From contig JAJDBF010000079.1 of NCBI GenBank assembly GCA_029261535.1, positions 577 through 64,576 of the forward strand: a stretch of DNA of 64,000 bases. Reading direction: 5' to 3'. Below the pieces are notes generated by a model, which was not told the DNA's origin, did not search any database, and saw only the letters and a program-made list of their open reading frames with translations. The translations under genes were made by a program, and so were the position numbers. How positions within the stretch are numbered: position 1 is the stretch's first letter; each line of letters opens with the position of its first letter. The DNA is from Nitrospinaceae bacterium (GTDB lineage Bacteria > Nitrospinota > Nitrospinia > Nitrospinales > Nitrospinaceae). Positions 1 to 8,618 of the stretch are shown one piece after another.

Positions 1-1
1 C

Positions 2-409
2 TACGAGACGTTTGGTTTCGAGTTTCCAAAAAGCCGGGGTAAAGAGCGGGTCGATCATCTTTCTGTCGAACTGGCGTTTCTATCCTATTGTTGCTTCCGG
101 GAAGCTTATGGAATCAGCAACGGGCACGATGAAAAGAAGATTGCCATTGTCCGGCAGAGTGAAAAGAAATTCATGCGGAACCATATCGGCCGCTGGACAC
201 CTTTGTTCTGTATTTTCACCGCCCGCAAGGCGGAGCGTGGGCTGTACAAGGACCTTGTCGATGCCTTGGCGGTGTTCGTTCGCAATGAATGCGCCCTGCT
301 CGATATCAAGGCTCTGAAAGTGGAAGAGCCGGAGTACCGGTCTCTGTCCTACAGTATGGAAAATGATTTGATCGCGAACGCTCCTGCCGAGTGCGAACCG
401 GTCAAGTAA
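2..409 (+). CDS. 3' part of a TorD/NarJ-like redox-enzyme maturation chaperone (5' end outside the window)
   Basis: Frame 2 is open from position 2 to the TAA at 407-409. The listed 173..409 ORF is only its Met-initiated tail. The translation contains RVDHLSVELAFLSYCCF, resembling the D-H-[IL]-x-x-E-L-x-F signature of TorD/DmsD/NarJ chaperones. A terminator follows. Confidence 0.4.
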   Translation, partial: YETFGFEFPKSRGKERVDHLSVELAFLSYCCFREAYGISNGHDEKKIAIVRQSEKKFMRNHIGRWTPLFCIFTARKAERGLYKDLVDALAVFVRNECALLDIKALKVEEPEYRSLSYSMENDLIANAPAECEPVK

Positions 410-427
410 TTTCGATATTTCTCATCA

Positions 428-469
428 CCCCCTCCCAATCGTTTCCGGTTGGCGAGGGGTTTTTTTTTG
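428..469 (+). terminator. Rho-independent terminator
   Basis: The CCCCTC arm pairs with GAGGGG (454-459), followed directly by a 10-nt T run (460-469), 20 nt after the stop codon. Confidence 0.7.
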
Positions 470-666
470 GGTGCCGTGTGTGAGGGGATGGGGTGTTTTT
501 CATAAACAGGAACGGATCAATAAAGAATTTCCAACGGAATTAAAAATCCCTGCATTTCAATTAGCATCTTAATATGAGGTGCAGTAATTGCCGTTCACGC
601 CTGAAGGCCGCGAACCGCCTTGGGTAAAGTATTTCGGGTGTTATTCGGCTCCCCAATCATTTTGAG

Positions 667-2379
667 ATGAGAGCCATCGAGAATTCAATGTTTGTATTTG
701 ATCCATTATCTCAGGGGCTGAACCTCCTCGCCCAGAGGGATTTGCAACGTGCCGAGTCCCTTTTCCTCAGGGTGATCAACGATCCCTTTGTTCAGGCTGA
801 GGAACTCCGTCAGGCGCGGTCCTATCTGAATGATATCCGGTCTTGTCAGGCCGGTACCAAAGCCCTGAACTTTGATGAATACGGACAGTTATCCAAAAAA
901 ACGACACCCTCACTGGAGCCAATTTACCAATTGCTGGCGGAGCTTTATTTTTCTGAAGCCGAGTCCTTCCCTGAAATATCGAGTGTGATCGGCGAGGCGG
1001 TCCCCAAGGTGATCAATCGTCTCAAGCAGGTGAAAATCCGGGACATTCTGGCACGCGACACCCTGTTTCAGAAAATTGAGAAAATGGGATTGAAAGCGAT
1101 CAAGGAGCGATTGAAAAATGAATCTCCTGAAAACAAGGGACCGGATGTGTTCCGCTGGAAAACCATATATAGAAAATTCATTGAACAGATCAACCCGATT
1201 TTACTGGAGCGGCACTTGGAATTGCTGGGCTATGTTCTCGACACGGGCGACATCGATATCCTTGACGATCCGAAACTGACGGTCCTCACCGCCAAGTACA
1301 GGTGGATTGTCGAAAGCACCCTTCATTCAAAATGGTATTTGATGCGGAGCTATTTTTTCAAGGCCCGTTCTGAAATCGAGCAACAGTTTTCAAAAAAGGA
1401 AGGGACCCGTAAATTCTGGGAAGAGGTGAAATATAAAAAGATCGCGATTTTTGAAGAGTGCGGGTTTGAGGAAAAGCACATTCAGAAATTTCTCTTCATT
1501 GACAAGCTCAATTTCAAAACGCTCGAAGAAATTTACGAGTTTGCTCAGGAACTGGGACTGACGCTGATCCCGAGGGATGTCAGTCTGGCACTTCGGGGAA
1601 TAAAAAAAGCAAGAGATCACATCAGGGAGCGGGGCGGTCATTTGATGGGCGCACGTCGTGAATTTCAGGGGCAGTTGATCGAGCTTGGGTTTTCCTCAGA
1701 CAATGCCTACCAGGTGGCGCGCCACGCCAAGCGGGCCAATAACCATCAAATCGCCGAGGCTTTTCGTAACTGCCTGCAGGTGGCTCAGGATGAAATTTAC
1801 TGGTACCGCGTCCCGCGTCAGTCACAAAAACTTAAAATGGATGTCGAGGAACAATGCTGTAAACATTTGAGCACGGTTCGGATTCACCTGTTTGACCGTG
1901 GGCGTTTGAATAAACTTCTGCTCCAGATTGGGAAGAATCTGATCCGTCGCTACCTGATTCAGCACTATGGAGAATCGGTGGTCGGGTTGCACTGTTTTTT
2001 CAGACTGGCAACAGTTCATCAGTATTACAAGTTGAAGTTTTTTCACTATCACACGGCCGAGGTGCCGAGTGTGTCCGAGTTGATTAAAGTCAGTCGAAAA
2101 GATTTTGTGCCGCTAGCCAGGGAAGGGTACAACAGTTTCCTTAAGAAAAGGCGGCTGGTGGTGCCGAAGGATCTTTACGAAAAAGTAGAAGCCTACCAGT
2201 CGGTCACCGAATGGGAAGATCCGTACACGACGACCGAAGAAAAATTTCTGCTCCGGTTCTGGTTCCTGATGGATCACGGAGTTTCTATCACGCAAGGGTT
2301 GTTGAACAAGGATGTGCTGGCACCAGGGGTCGACTTGTGGGGGTATCTCAAGCGGCAGGAAGAAGAATGTGAAAGCTGA
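667..2379 (+). CDS. Hypothetical protein, 570 aa, no recognisable family
   Basis: Long uninterrupted ORF with a protein-like, helix-rich, K/E/L-rich composition. The overlapping antisense ORFs are short and low quality. I could identify no catalytic or binding motif. Confidence 0.6.
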   Translation: MRAIENSMFVFDPLSQGLNLLAQRDLQRAESLFLRVINDPFVQAEELRQARSYLNDIRSCQAGTKALNFDEYGQLSKKTTPSLEPIYQLLAELYFSEAESFPEISSVIGEAVPKVINRLKQVKIRDILARDTLFQKIEKMGLKAIKERLKNESPENKGPDVFRWKTIYRKFIEQINPILLERHLELLGYVLDTGDIDILDDPKLTVLTAKYRWIVESTLHSKWYLMRSYFFKARSEIEQQFSKKEGTRKFWEEVKYKKIAIFEECGFEEKHIQKFLFIDKLNFKTLEEIYEFAQELGLTLIPRDVSLALRGIKKARDHIRERGGHLMGARREFQGQLIELGFSSDNAYQVARHAKRANNHQIAEAFRNCLQVAQDEIYWYRVPRQSQKLKMDVEEQCCKHLSTVRIHLFDRGRLNKLLLQIGKNLIRRYLIQHYGESVVGLHCFFRLATVHQYYKLKFFHYHTAEVPSVSELIKVSRKDFVPLAREGYNSFLKKRRLVVPKDLYEKVEAYQSVTEWEDPYTTTEEKFLLRFWFLMDHGVSITQGLLNKDVLAPGVDLWGYLKRQEEECES

Positions 2380-2392
2380 GGCGCGGGAATTT

Positions 2393-4120
2393 TCAGGAGG
2401 CTGGAGAGGATAATTTGTTCAGCCGATTCTGCATATCGCGCAGAGGCATCAGGTCGCCTTTTTTGGAGGCGGCGGCGATGCCTTTTCGATACACTTCTTC
2501 AGCATCATCATTTCGCTCAAGTTTTTCCAGGGTTTTTCCAAGGGCGAGGTAGGCCGCAGAATAGTCTTTAAAATTCTCGACCACCGTTTCCAGAGGCACC
2601 AACGCTTCGTCGTATTTTCCTCTTTCAAAAAAGATTGTGCCCAGTCCGAAGTTTGCCACCTGATCAATCGGGTCAATCTCCAACACCTGCTGGAACATAC
2701 CGACTTGTCGTTCGCGTTCGGCTTCCTGTTCTTTAGTCTGGGCTTCACGCGCCCGCTCTTTTTGTTTTTCCTCAATTATTTTTTCAAATTGCAGAGCCGT
2801 GGCTTCGCCTTTTTCCGCCTCGGCATCTTCGATGCGCCCCTGTTCCATGTAATAAACCGAGAGGTTGGAATGAGCCATGATTTCACTGGGATCGATTTCC
2901 ACCAGCCGTTTCATCAAGGCAATCGCTTCATCCAGTTTCTTTTGCTTGGAAAGTAATACACCGAGGGCTTCATAACCGAGGGCAAACTTTGGAGCAAGCG
3001 CAATTGCTTCGCGGAGCAAGGCAATGGGCGGGTCCAGATTATCATCCTTTTTATACAATTCCATGGCCTGCCCATGCAACTCTTCGGCACGTGCGAGGTT
3101 GGAGACGGGTTGGTAGAACGGCAGGAGAGCGGTAGTGATTTTGTAAGGTTGCCCCTCGACAGTAACGTCAAGAGTCTGGTCCGGGCTACGAAAATCTTTC
3201 TGGATGTAAGCGAGGGCAATGTTACGCTCCAGGCTGGGAGAATAAACGCTGCTTTTGACAACGCCGAGGCGTTTACTGCCGAGTTTCATTTCGGCATTGT
3301 GTTGCAGAGGCAATGCGCCTTCTTCCTGGACAATCCCCATCAATGCGAAGGAGGGAGCTCCGTAAGTTTTAAGACGGGCAATGACCTCCTGCCCGGTGTA
3401 GCATCCTTTGTGGTAACTGACGGCGGTGTGCTCAAGCCCGGTTTCCGGCAGGAGCATTTTTTCATCCATATCCAGGCCAAAAATGGGTAGCCCCGCTTCG
3501 ATTCGGAGAGTATCCATTGCCTCGTGTTCAACCGGCCCCAACCCCACGGCCTTTCCGATGTCCTCAATCGCTTCAAATACCTGAGCTCGAACAGATTCAT
3601 CAAATGCCAAAACGAACCCGGTCTCTCCTGTCAGACTTTTTTCCAGAGCCCACACCTTGTGGCCCCGGATGTTTAATTCGCGGTTCTCGCAGGTTTTAAA
3701 ATCGAGCAGAACCTGCCCTGTCAGGTCATTCAATAGTGCCAGGCTCTTGGGGCCTTGAAGACCGAGCAGGCAGTATCCGGAAATTTCTTTAGTGAAGGTG
3801 AAGGCTTCGCGGAAGTGGAACTCCTGTAGACTGGCGATCACCTGATCGGCTTGCATTCTTTCCATCAGGATAAATGCAGATTCATCGCCAGTTTTATACA
3901 AGGTGAACGTGCCACGAAGATTGCCTTTGCGGGTGACGATCGCGTTGGCGCATCCTTCCCTGGTTTTTAGTGCGAGGCAATCGTTGGTGGTCTGGGTTTG
4001 CAGGTAGGAGAAAGCGTCTTTTCCTTCGATCGTCCCGACCTGCCAGGTTTCCATCCAGAAATAGCCGCAAGTTTCGCGGACGCGCCGGTATTCAGTATCC
4101 AGAGTGAGGTCTTGAGTCAT
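2393..4120 (-). CDS. ygfZ: YgfZ/GcvT-family folate-binding protein fused to C-terminal TPR repeats
   Basis: The N-terminal ~330 aa resemble the aminomethyltransferase fold and contain the YgfZ signature KGCYTGQE. The C-terminal ~240 aa have TPR-like repeats (e.g. GYEALGVLLSKQKKLDEAIALMKRLVEIDP, NFGLGTIFFERGKYDEALVPLETVV). Confidence 0.75.
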   Translation of the reverse strand: MTQDLTLDTEYRRVRETCGYFWMETWQVGTIEGKDAFSYLQTQTTNDCLALKTREGCANAIVTRKGNLRGTFTLYKTGDESAFILMERMQADQVIASLQEFHFREAFTFTKEISGYCLLGLQGPKSLALLNDLTGQVLLDFKTCENRELNIRGHKVWALEKSLTGETGFVLAFDESVRAQVFEAIEDIGKAVGLGPVEHEAMDTLRIEAGLPIFGLDMDEKMLLPETGLEHTAVSYHKGCYTGQEVIARLKTYGAPSFALMGIVQEEGALPLQHNAEMKLGSKRLGVVKSSVYSPSLERNIALAYIQKDFRSPDQTLDVTVEGQPYKITTALLPFYQPVSNLARAEELHGQAMELYKKDDNLDPPIALLREAIALAPKFALGYEALGVLLSKQKKLDEAIALMKRLVEIDPSEIMAHSNLSVYYMEQGRIEDAEAEKGEATALQFEKIIEEKQKERAREAQTKEQEAERERQVGMFQQVLEIDPIDQVANFGLGTIFFERGKYDEALVPLETVVENFKDYSAAYLALGKTLEKLERNDDAEEVYRKGIAAASKKGDLMPLRDMQNRLNKLSSPAS

Positions 4121-4145
4121 AGGATGTTATTGGCAGATCTGTCGT

Positions 4146-4186
4146 GGAAAGAAAAACAGCGCATCGGCTGAACCGGATGCGCTGTT
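4146..4186 (-). terminator. Intrinsic terminator or attenuator between erpA and the ygfZ-like gene
   Basis: Perfect 11-bp stem AACAGCGCATC (4155-4165) / GATGCGCTGTT (4176-4186) with a 10-nt loop. On the minus strand it is followed by TTTTCTTTCC. Confidence 0.65.
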
Positions 4187-4211
4187 GATGATTTTGTAGA
4201 GTAGTGCTGGA

Positions 4212-4568
4212 TCAAGTGAGCGAAAAGGATTCTCCGCAACCGCAGGTGGACTTTGCATTTGGATTGACGAAGACGAAACCCTTGCCCTGCAGTCCAGCTT
4301 GATAATCGAGTTGCATGCCTTTGAGATAAATCAGGCTTTTGGCATCCATAAATATTTGGAACCCATCGGAGTCGACGACGGTATCGCCTTTCTCCTGCGG
4401 GGTGAAATCAAGATCATAGGACAAGCCAGAGCAACCTCCGCCCTTGACACCAAGACGTAGCCCGATCCCCGGTTTTTCCTCAGCGGCTACCAGCTTTTTG
4501 ACTTCTTCCGCGGCGAGCGGGGTGATGGAAACAAATTGGGTTGTGGTGGTCATGTTTTTGATCTCCAA
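4212..4568 (-). CDS. erpA: A-type Fe-S cluster carrier (HesB/IscA/ErpA family)
   Basis: GGGCSG motif and a C-terminal NPNAKSTCGCGESFS, almost identical to the ErpA C-terminus as I remember it. The start may be the internal Met (MTTTTQ). Confidence 0.8.
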   Translation of the reverse strand: MEIKNMTTTTQFVSITPLAAEEVKKLVAAEEKPGIGLRLGVKGGGCSGLSYDLDFTPQEKGDTVVDSDGFQIFMDAKSLIYLKGMQLDYQAGLQGKGFVFVNPNAKSTCGCGESFSLT

Positions 4569-4970
4569 TGATAACTTTTTACTTATTTCTTTAGAGCGTT
4601 CTTTATATTAGATTAATAAAATCACGTTTGGATTTAAGCAAGGGCCGGAAAAATTAATCCTGGCCTCACGCGATTTTTGTTAAGCCCTTACCGCATCCGG
4701 TCCGTTTTGGCCTGAGACCATTTATATGCAAGTATTGGAAATTATACTGGAAATATAGGGACGACGCAATCCGGAATGTTCTAAGGTAGTCTTAGGGAGT
4801 ATCTTTTAACTATTTGAAAAGTAAGAGAATTTTTGTTATGTTGCTGGGCTTCGGCAGATGTTGTGTTGCGTCCTTTCCTGAAATATAATAAATCCTGATT
4901 GGATTTTCTGAATCAAATAAAGACAACCGAATGAATGCGTTTGCGCAAAAAATAAGGAAAGAAATTACCC

Positions 4971-5204
4971 ATGATCAGTATTCCCGATTTAATCAAGCTC
5001 ATCACTGAAAAAATTTCCGATGCCGAGGTCAATGTCATGGACAAAACCGGAATGTCGGATCATTTCATTATCCATGTGACATCGAAGGTCTTTAGCGAAG
5101 TTGGCATCATGGATCGTCATAGAATGGTTATGGATTGCCTGAGTGCGGCCATGGCAGACGGACGCGTCCACGCCGCTGAAATAAAAACCGATGTTCCCGG
5201 CTGA
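4971..5204 (+). CDS. BolA/IbaG family protein
   Basis: 77 aa. The pattern DHFIIHVTSKVF...RHRMV...L....GRVHAAEIKT matches the BolA-fold consensus (H-F-x-v-x-v-v-S, HR, HA-x-x-I). It lies next to a monothiol glutaredoxin, the known BolA partner. Confidence 0.75.
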   Translation: MISIPDLIKLITEKISDAEVNVMDKTGMSDHFIIHVTSKVFSEVGIMDRHRMVMDCLSAAMADGRVHAAEIKTDVPG

Positions 5205-5270
5205 ATTCCGGTCGGTGTCTTAATGTAACCCTGAATTGAAAATAATGTCATCCAGAGTGAGGAATCTTAA

Positions 5271-5609
5271 ATGTCAGCTTTCGAAGAAGAAATTAAAGAC
5301 GAAATTTCCAAGAATAAAATTCTGATTTACGGTAAGGGAACCAAAGCCGCTCCGCAATGCGGGTTCACCGTGGAAACCATCCAGTTTTTTCAGAAGTACG
5401 GTTACCCTTTTGAGGTGGTCAATATGTTGCCGCATAATGAGAAACGAGAAGCACTCAACAAGATGACCAACTGGCCGACCCTGCCCAAGGTGTTCATCGA
5501 CGGTAAGTTTTACGGCGACACTGATATTCTTGACGATATGGAAGCCAAGGGTGAAGTCGAGCCGCTTCTCAAAGCCGCGTTCGATGGGAAAGCACCTAGC
5601 GAAGGCTAA
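5271..5609 (+). CDS. grxD: Monothiol glutaredoxin (Grx4 type)
   Basis: CGFT active-site motif within KGTKAAPQCGFT, followed by WPTLPKVFIDGKFYGDTDIL, typical of Grx4/GrxD. Confidence 0.85.
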   Translation: MSAFEEEIKDEISKNKILIYGKGTKAAPQCGFTVETIQFFQKYGYPFEVVNMLPHNEKREALNKMTNWPTLPKVFIDGKFYGDTDILDDMEAKGEVEPLLKAAFDGKAPSEG

Positions 5610-5827
5610 GTGCTCAGAAAGCCAGCGGCAGGATATCGAATTCACAGGGTGATTGTTCGGCAGAAAATCCCTGATGATATGCCGCTATTCAATACATACA
5701 ACTCACATTAAAGCACCTCTAGCTAAAATCTTCAGGTCACAGCGGGCACTGAGCCATCAGGTTCGCTGTGGCCATTGAAGTTTGATTGGATGACAGGGGC
5801 GGGCTAAACCTTATACTTGAGGACATC

Positions 5828-6355
5828 ATGGGGCAAAAACTGGAAGCCGGGGATCGTGCGCCAAATTTCGATCTTCCCGGAGTGTATGGCTACAAGGCGG
5901 GGGCAACGAGCCCTTCTCATGAAGAGGGTGTGCGCTTCAAGCTCAAAGACTATGAAGGCAAGAAGTGGGTGATCCTCGCGTTTTACGATCAGGATTCCAG
6001 CCCGAATGACACGCGCATGCTGGTGTCTTACAATGGGTACAACCGCAAGTTTACAACCAAGGAAATTGTTTTGCTGGGCATCAGTCAGAATGGGGTGAAC
6101 TCGCACCGCCAGTTTATTGAAGTCTATCAGCTTGGGTTCAGCCTGGTTGCGGATGAAAGAAAAGAAGTGACCGAACTGTACGGCGTGATCCGGGAAGAAA
6201 AAAATGATCTCGACGAACTCGAAAAACGGGTCCACCGTACCACCATGGTCATCGACAAGACTGGCATGATCCGAAAAATCTGGCAGGACATTGAAGATTT
6301 AAGAGAACATCCCCTCGAAGTCTGGGAATACATCGCCAAAGAAAAAGGGGTGTGA
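5828..6355 (+). CDS. Peroxiredoxin-fold (Bcp/AhpC-TSA-like) protein lacking any cysteine
   Basis: It aligns by eye to Bcp (AGDRAPNFDLP..., WVILAFY..., LLGIS, HRTTMVID). The catalytic T-P-G-C-T is replaced by S-P-N-D-T and the whole protein has no Cys. I moved the start to the ATG at 5828, which is preceded by GAGGA. Confidence 0.65.
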   Translation: MGQKLEAGDRAPNFDLPGVYGYKAGATSPSHEEGVRFKLKDYEGKKWVILAFYDQDSSPNDTRMLVSYNGYNRKFTTKEIVLLGISQNGVNSHRQFIEVYQLGFSLVADERKEVTELYGVIREEKNDLDELEKRVHRTTMVIDKTGMIRKIWQDIEDLREHPLEVWEYIAKEKGV

Positions 6356-6380
6356 CCGGGCTGTCCAAAATGGCACTTCT

Positions 6381-6986
6381 TTAAAACCCATTCTCGAACA
6401 CCACTTCACTCAAAGGCAGTTGGCCCGGTTTGGGCCAGGAGTCTTTCGTCTTTTTGCCGATAGCGAGCATCGCGCCCATCACATGATCGTCAGGCAGGTT
6501 GATGAGCTTGGCGACCGCCTCGATATCGTAGCCAATCATCGGGCAGGAATCGTAGCCCATTGCTTTTGCCGCGAGCATCAGGGTTTGCATGGCCATGCCG
6601 ATGGACCTCTGCGCTTCATCGCGTTGCAACCAGTCGCGACCCTCGTGAAACGGTGCCATCCATCCTACGAGTAACTCGGCCACTTCCTTTGGCGCATTGA
6701 CCCAGTAACGTTCCGGATTTTTTGTCCAGGCTTTGGTGTCGGCAGTCATGATGATGAGCAGGGACGCATCGGTCATCTGCGCCTGATCGTTGCCAAACTC
6801 TTTGCGGATTTTGGCTCTTCGTTCTGAATCCCGTACCACGACAAATCGCCAGTGTTGAATGTTGAATCTGGTCGGTGCCTGGATAGCCGCTTTGAGCAAT
6901 TTGGTTTCTTCATCCTGTGTTAATTTATGTTCAGGGTCGAAGTGCTTGATGGATCTGCGCTGGTAAATGGCATCAAAAGTTTCCAT
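6381..6986 (-). CDS. Nitroreductase-family flavoprotein
   Basis: N-terminus AIYQRRSIKHFD and the later APTRFNIQHWRFVVV, plus the ~200-aa length, are typical of the NADH/FMN nitroreductase family. Confidence 0.75.
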   Translation of the reverse strand: METFDAIYQRRSIKHFDPEHKLTQDEETKLLKAAIQAPTRFNIQHWRFVVVRDSERRAKIRKEFGNDQAQMTDASLLIIMTADTKAWTKNPERYWVNAPKEVAELLVGWMAPFHEGRDWLQRDEAQRSIGMAMQTLMLAAKAMGYDSCPMIGYDIEAVAKLINLPDDHVMGAMLAIGKKTKDSWPKPGQLPLSEVVFENGF

Positions 6987-7018
6987 GTCATATCTCCGGA
7001 AAATATTTAATCTGGAAG

Positions 7019-7741
7019 TTATTGTGAATCAAAATTTTTGCAGATGGTGTCTCTGATTTGAGGAAGCAAGTCGCTTTCTTTTTGCCCTTTGGCGGTTTCA
7101 ATCTCGATGGGCGGCGACAGGATGATCCTGACTTTCCCCGGACGCACCGAAGTGCTTCCCTTCGGAATAATTGGCCCGGTCCCGATAAGGGTGACCGGCA
7201 CGATGGGCACACCGGCACGCATTGCGAGCAGGGTTCCGCCTTTTTTAAATTCACCGATCCTGCCATCTTTCGAGCGGGTGCCTTCCGGAAAAATGACGAT
7301 GGAGGCACCGGACTTTAGTTTGTCAACGGAGGCCATGAAGGCCTTGTAAGCGTTTTTGCGATCATCGCGTTGCACCGGGATGTACCCGGAGGCGTGCATG
7401 GACCAGCCGACAAAGGGTATCCGGAACAGGCTCGCCTTGGCGACCCAGCGCAACTGCACAGGCAGGAACCCCGCCAGCGCAAAGATATCGAAGAAGCTTT
7501 GATGGTTGGCGAGAAAAACCTGCGCCCGGTTTGCGCGCGCGTGCTCCAATCCTTCGACTTCTACTTGTATCCCGTTCCACAAACACAGCAGGCGAGCCCA
7601 CAGGGCCGAGACTTTATGGGAAGTGAAACCTGATGGATCAAACAGGCGAACAATCACCGCAGTGGTTCCAAGAACCAGCGACAACACGGTGATGACAACC
7701 CAGAATCGAATGGTATGATACGCTGAAATCAAGGGGCTCAA
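7019..7741 (-). CDS. plsC: 1-acyl-sn-glycerol-3-phosphate acyltransferase
   Basis: Acyltransferase motifs NHQSFFD (H-x4-D) and FPEGTRS, with an N-terminal TM helix. Confidence 0.8.
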   Translation of the reverse strand: MSPLISAYHTIRFWVVITVLSLVLGTTAVIVRLFDPSGFTSHKVSALWARLLCLWNGIQVEVEGLEHARANRAQVFLANHQSFFDIFALAGFLPVQLRWVAKASLFRIPFVGWSMHASGYIPVQRDDRKNAYKAFMASVDKLKSGASIVIFPEGTRSKDGRIGEFKKGGTLLAMRAGVPIVPVTLIGTGPIIPKGSTSVRPGKVRIILSPPIEIETAKGQKESDLLPQIRDTICKNFDSQ

Positions 7742-7744
7742 GAG

Positions 7745-8605
7745 ATGATGATTGTTGTGAAATCAGGATTAAACAGATTGAAACGATCGCTTGAAATTCG
7801 ATGGAAGCCGTTGTGGCAATGGCTCTCTCTTGCAGGTGGTCTTGCAACGTCCCTGATTTTTTTTTCTGCCCAGGCTTTGGCGTGGGGGCCGCAAGGGCAC
7901 CGCATCGTTGCTGAAATTGCCGAGCAACGGCTCAAGCCCGAAGTCCGGCAGACCATCCGTGATAAGTTTAGCATAAAGCATCTGGTCGATGTGGCGAACT
8001 GGGCCGATCAAATCAAACGCAAAAGGAGTGAAACGCGGCCCTGGCATTACACCAATATTTCAGCGGGAGAGTTTTTGTATAATCGCCAGCGGGATTGCCC
8101 GACAGGGGATTGCGTCACAGAAAAAATTAAGGAGTTTGCAGGGAAACTCAAGAGCCCAAAAGTGATTGGGCGGAGCCGCGTTGAAGCTCTGATGTTTCTG
8201 ATTCATTTTGTTGGTGACATTCATCAGCCTTTGCATCTGGGAAACGCTGGAGACCGCGGCGGCAATACGATAAAAATAATTGTCCGAGGAGAAAGAACAA
8301 ACCTGCATGCGGTGTGGGACCATGGTCTTATCCAATTTGACGGACAATCTCTGGTAAAATACGCGACGAAATTGTCCGGTCAGATAACTGATGAAAAAGT
8401 GCACGCTTGGATAACATCGGATGTGATCGGCTGGGCAAATGAGTCGCGTCAACTGGCAATGCAGAAGGGTTACCCGTTGGAATTGAACAAGCGTGGAGAA
8501 CTGTCTGCAAACTATCTGGCTGTGGGTGAACGAATCGTGATGCTTCAATTACAAAAAGCAGGTGTTCGTCTGGCGCATTTGCTCAATCAAACGATAAAGT
8601 CTTAG
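7745..8605 (+). CDS. Secreted S1/P1-type zinc nuclease
   Basis: The predicted signal-peptide cleavage at AQALA|WGPQGH would expose Trp as mature residue 1, as in P1 nuclease. Further family motifs are NWADQIK, WHYTNI, HFVGDIHQPLH, GDRGGN and NLHAVWD. The start is uncertain: ATG 7745, or TTG 7778 preceded by AGGA. Confidence 0.75.
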   Translation: MMIVVKSGLNRLKRSLEIRWKPLWQWLSLAGGLATSLIFFSAQALAWGPQGHRIVAEIAEQRLKPEVRQTIRDKFSIKHLVDVANWADQIKRKRSETRPWHYTNISAGEFLYNRQRDCPTGDCVTEKIKEFAGKLKSPKVIGRSRVEALMFLIHFVGDIHQPLHLGNAGDRGGNTIKIIVRGERTNLHAVWDHGLIQFDGQSLVKYATKLSGQITDEKVHAWITSDVIGWANESRQLAMQKGYPLELNKRGELSANYLAVGERIVMLQLQKAGVRLAHLLNQTIKS

Positions 8606-8618
8606 ACAGGAGAGAGCT

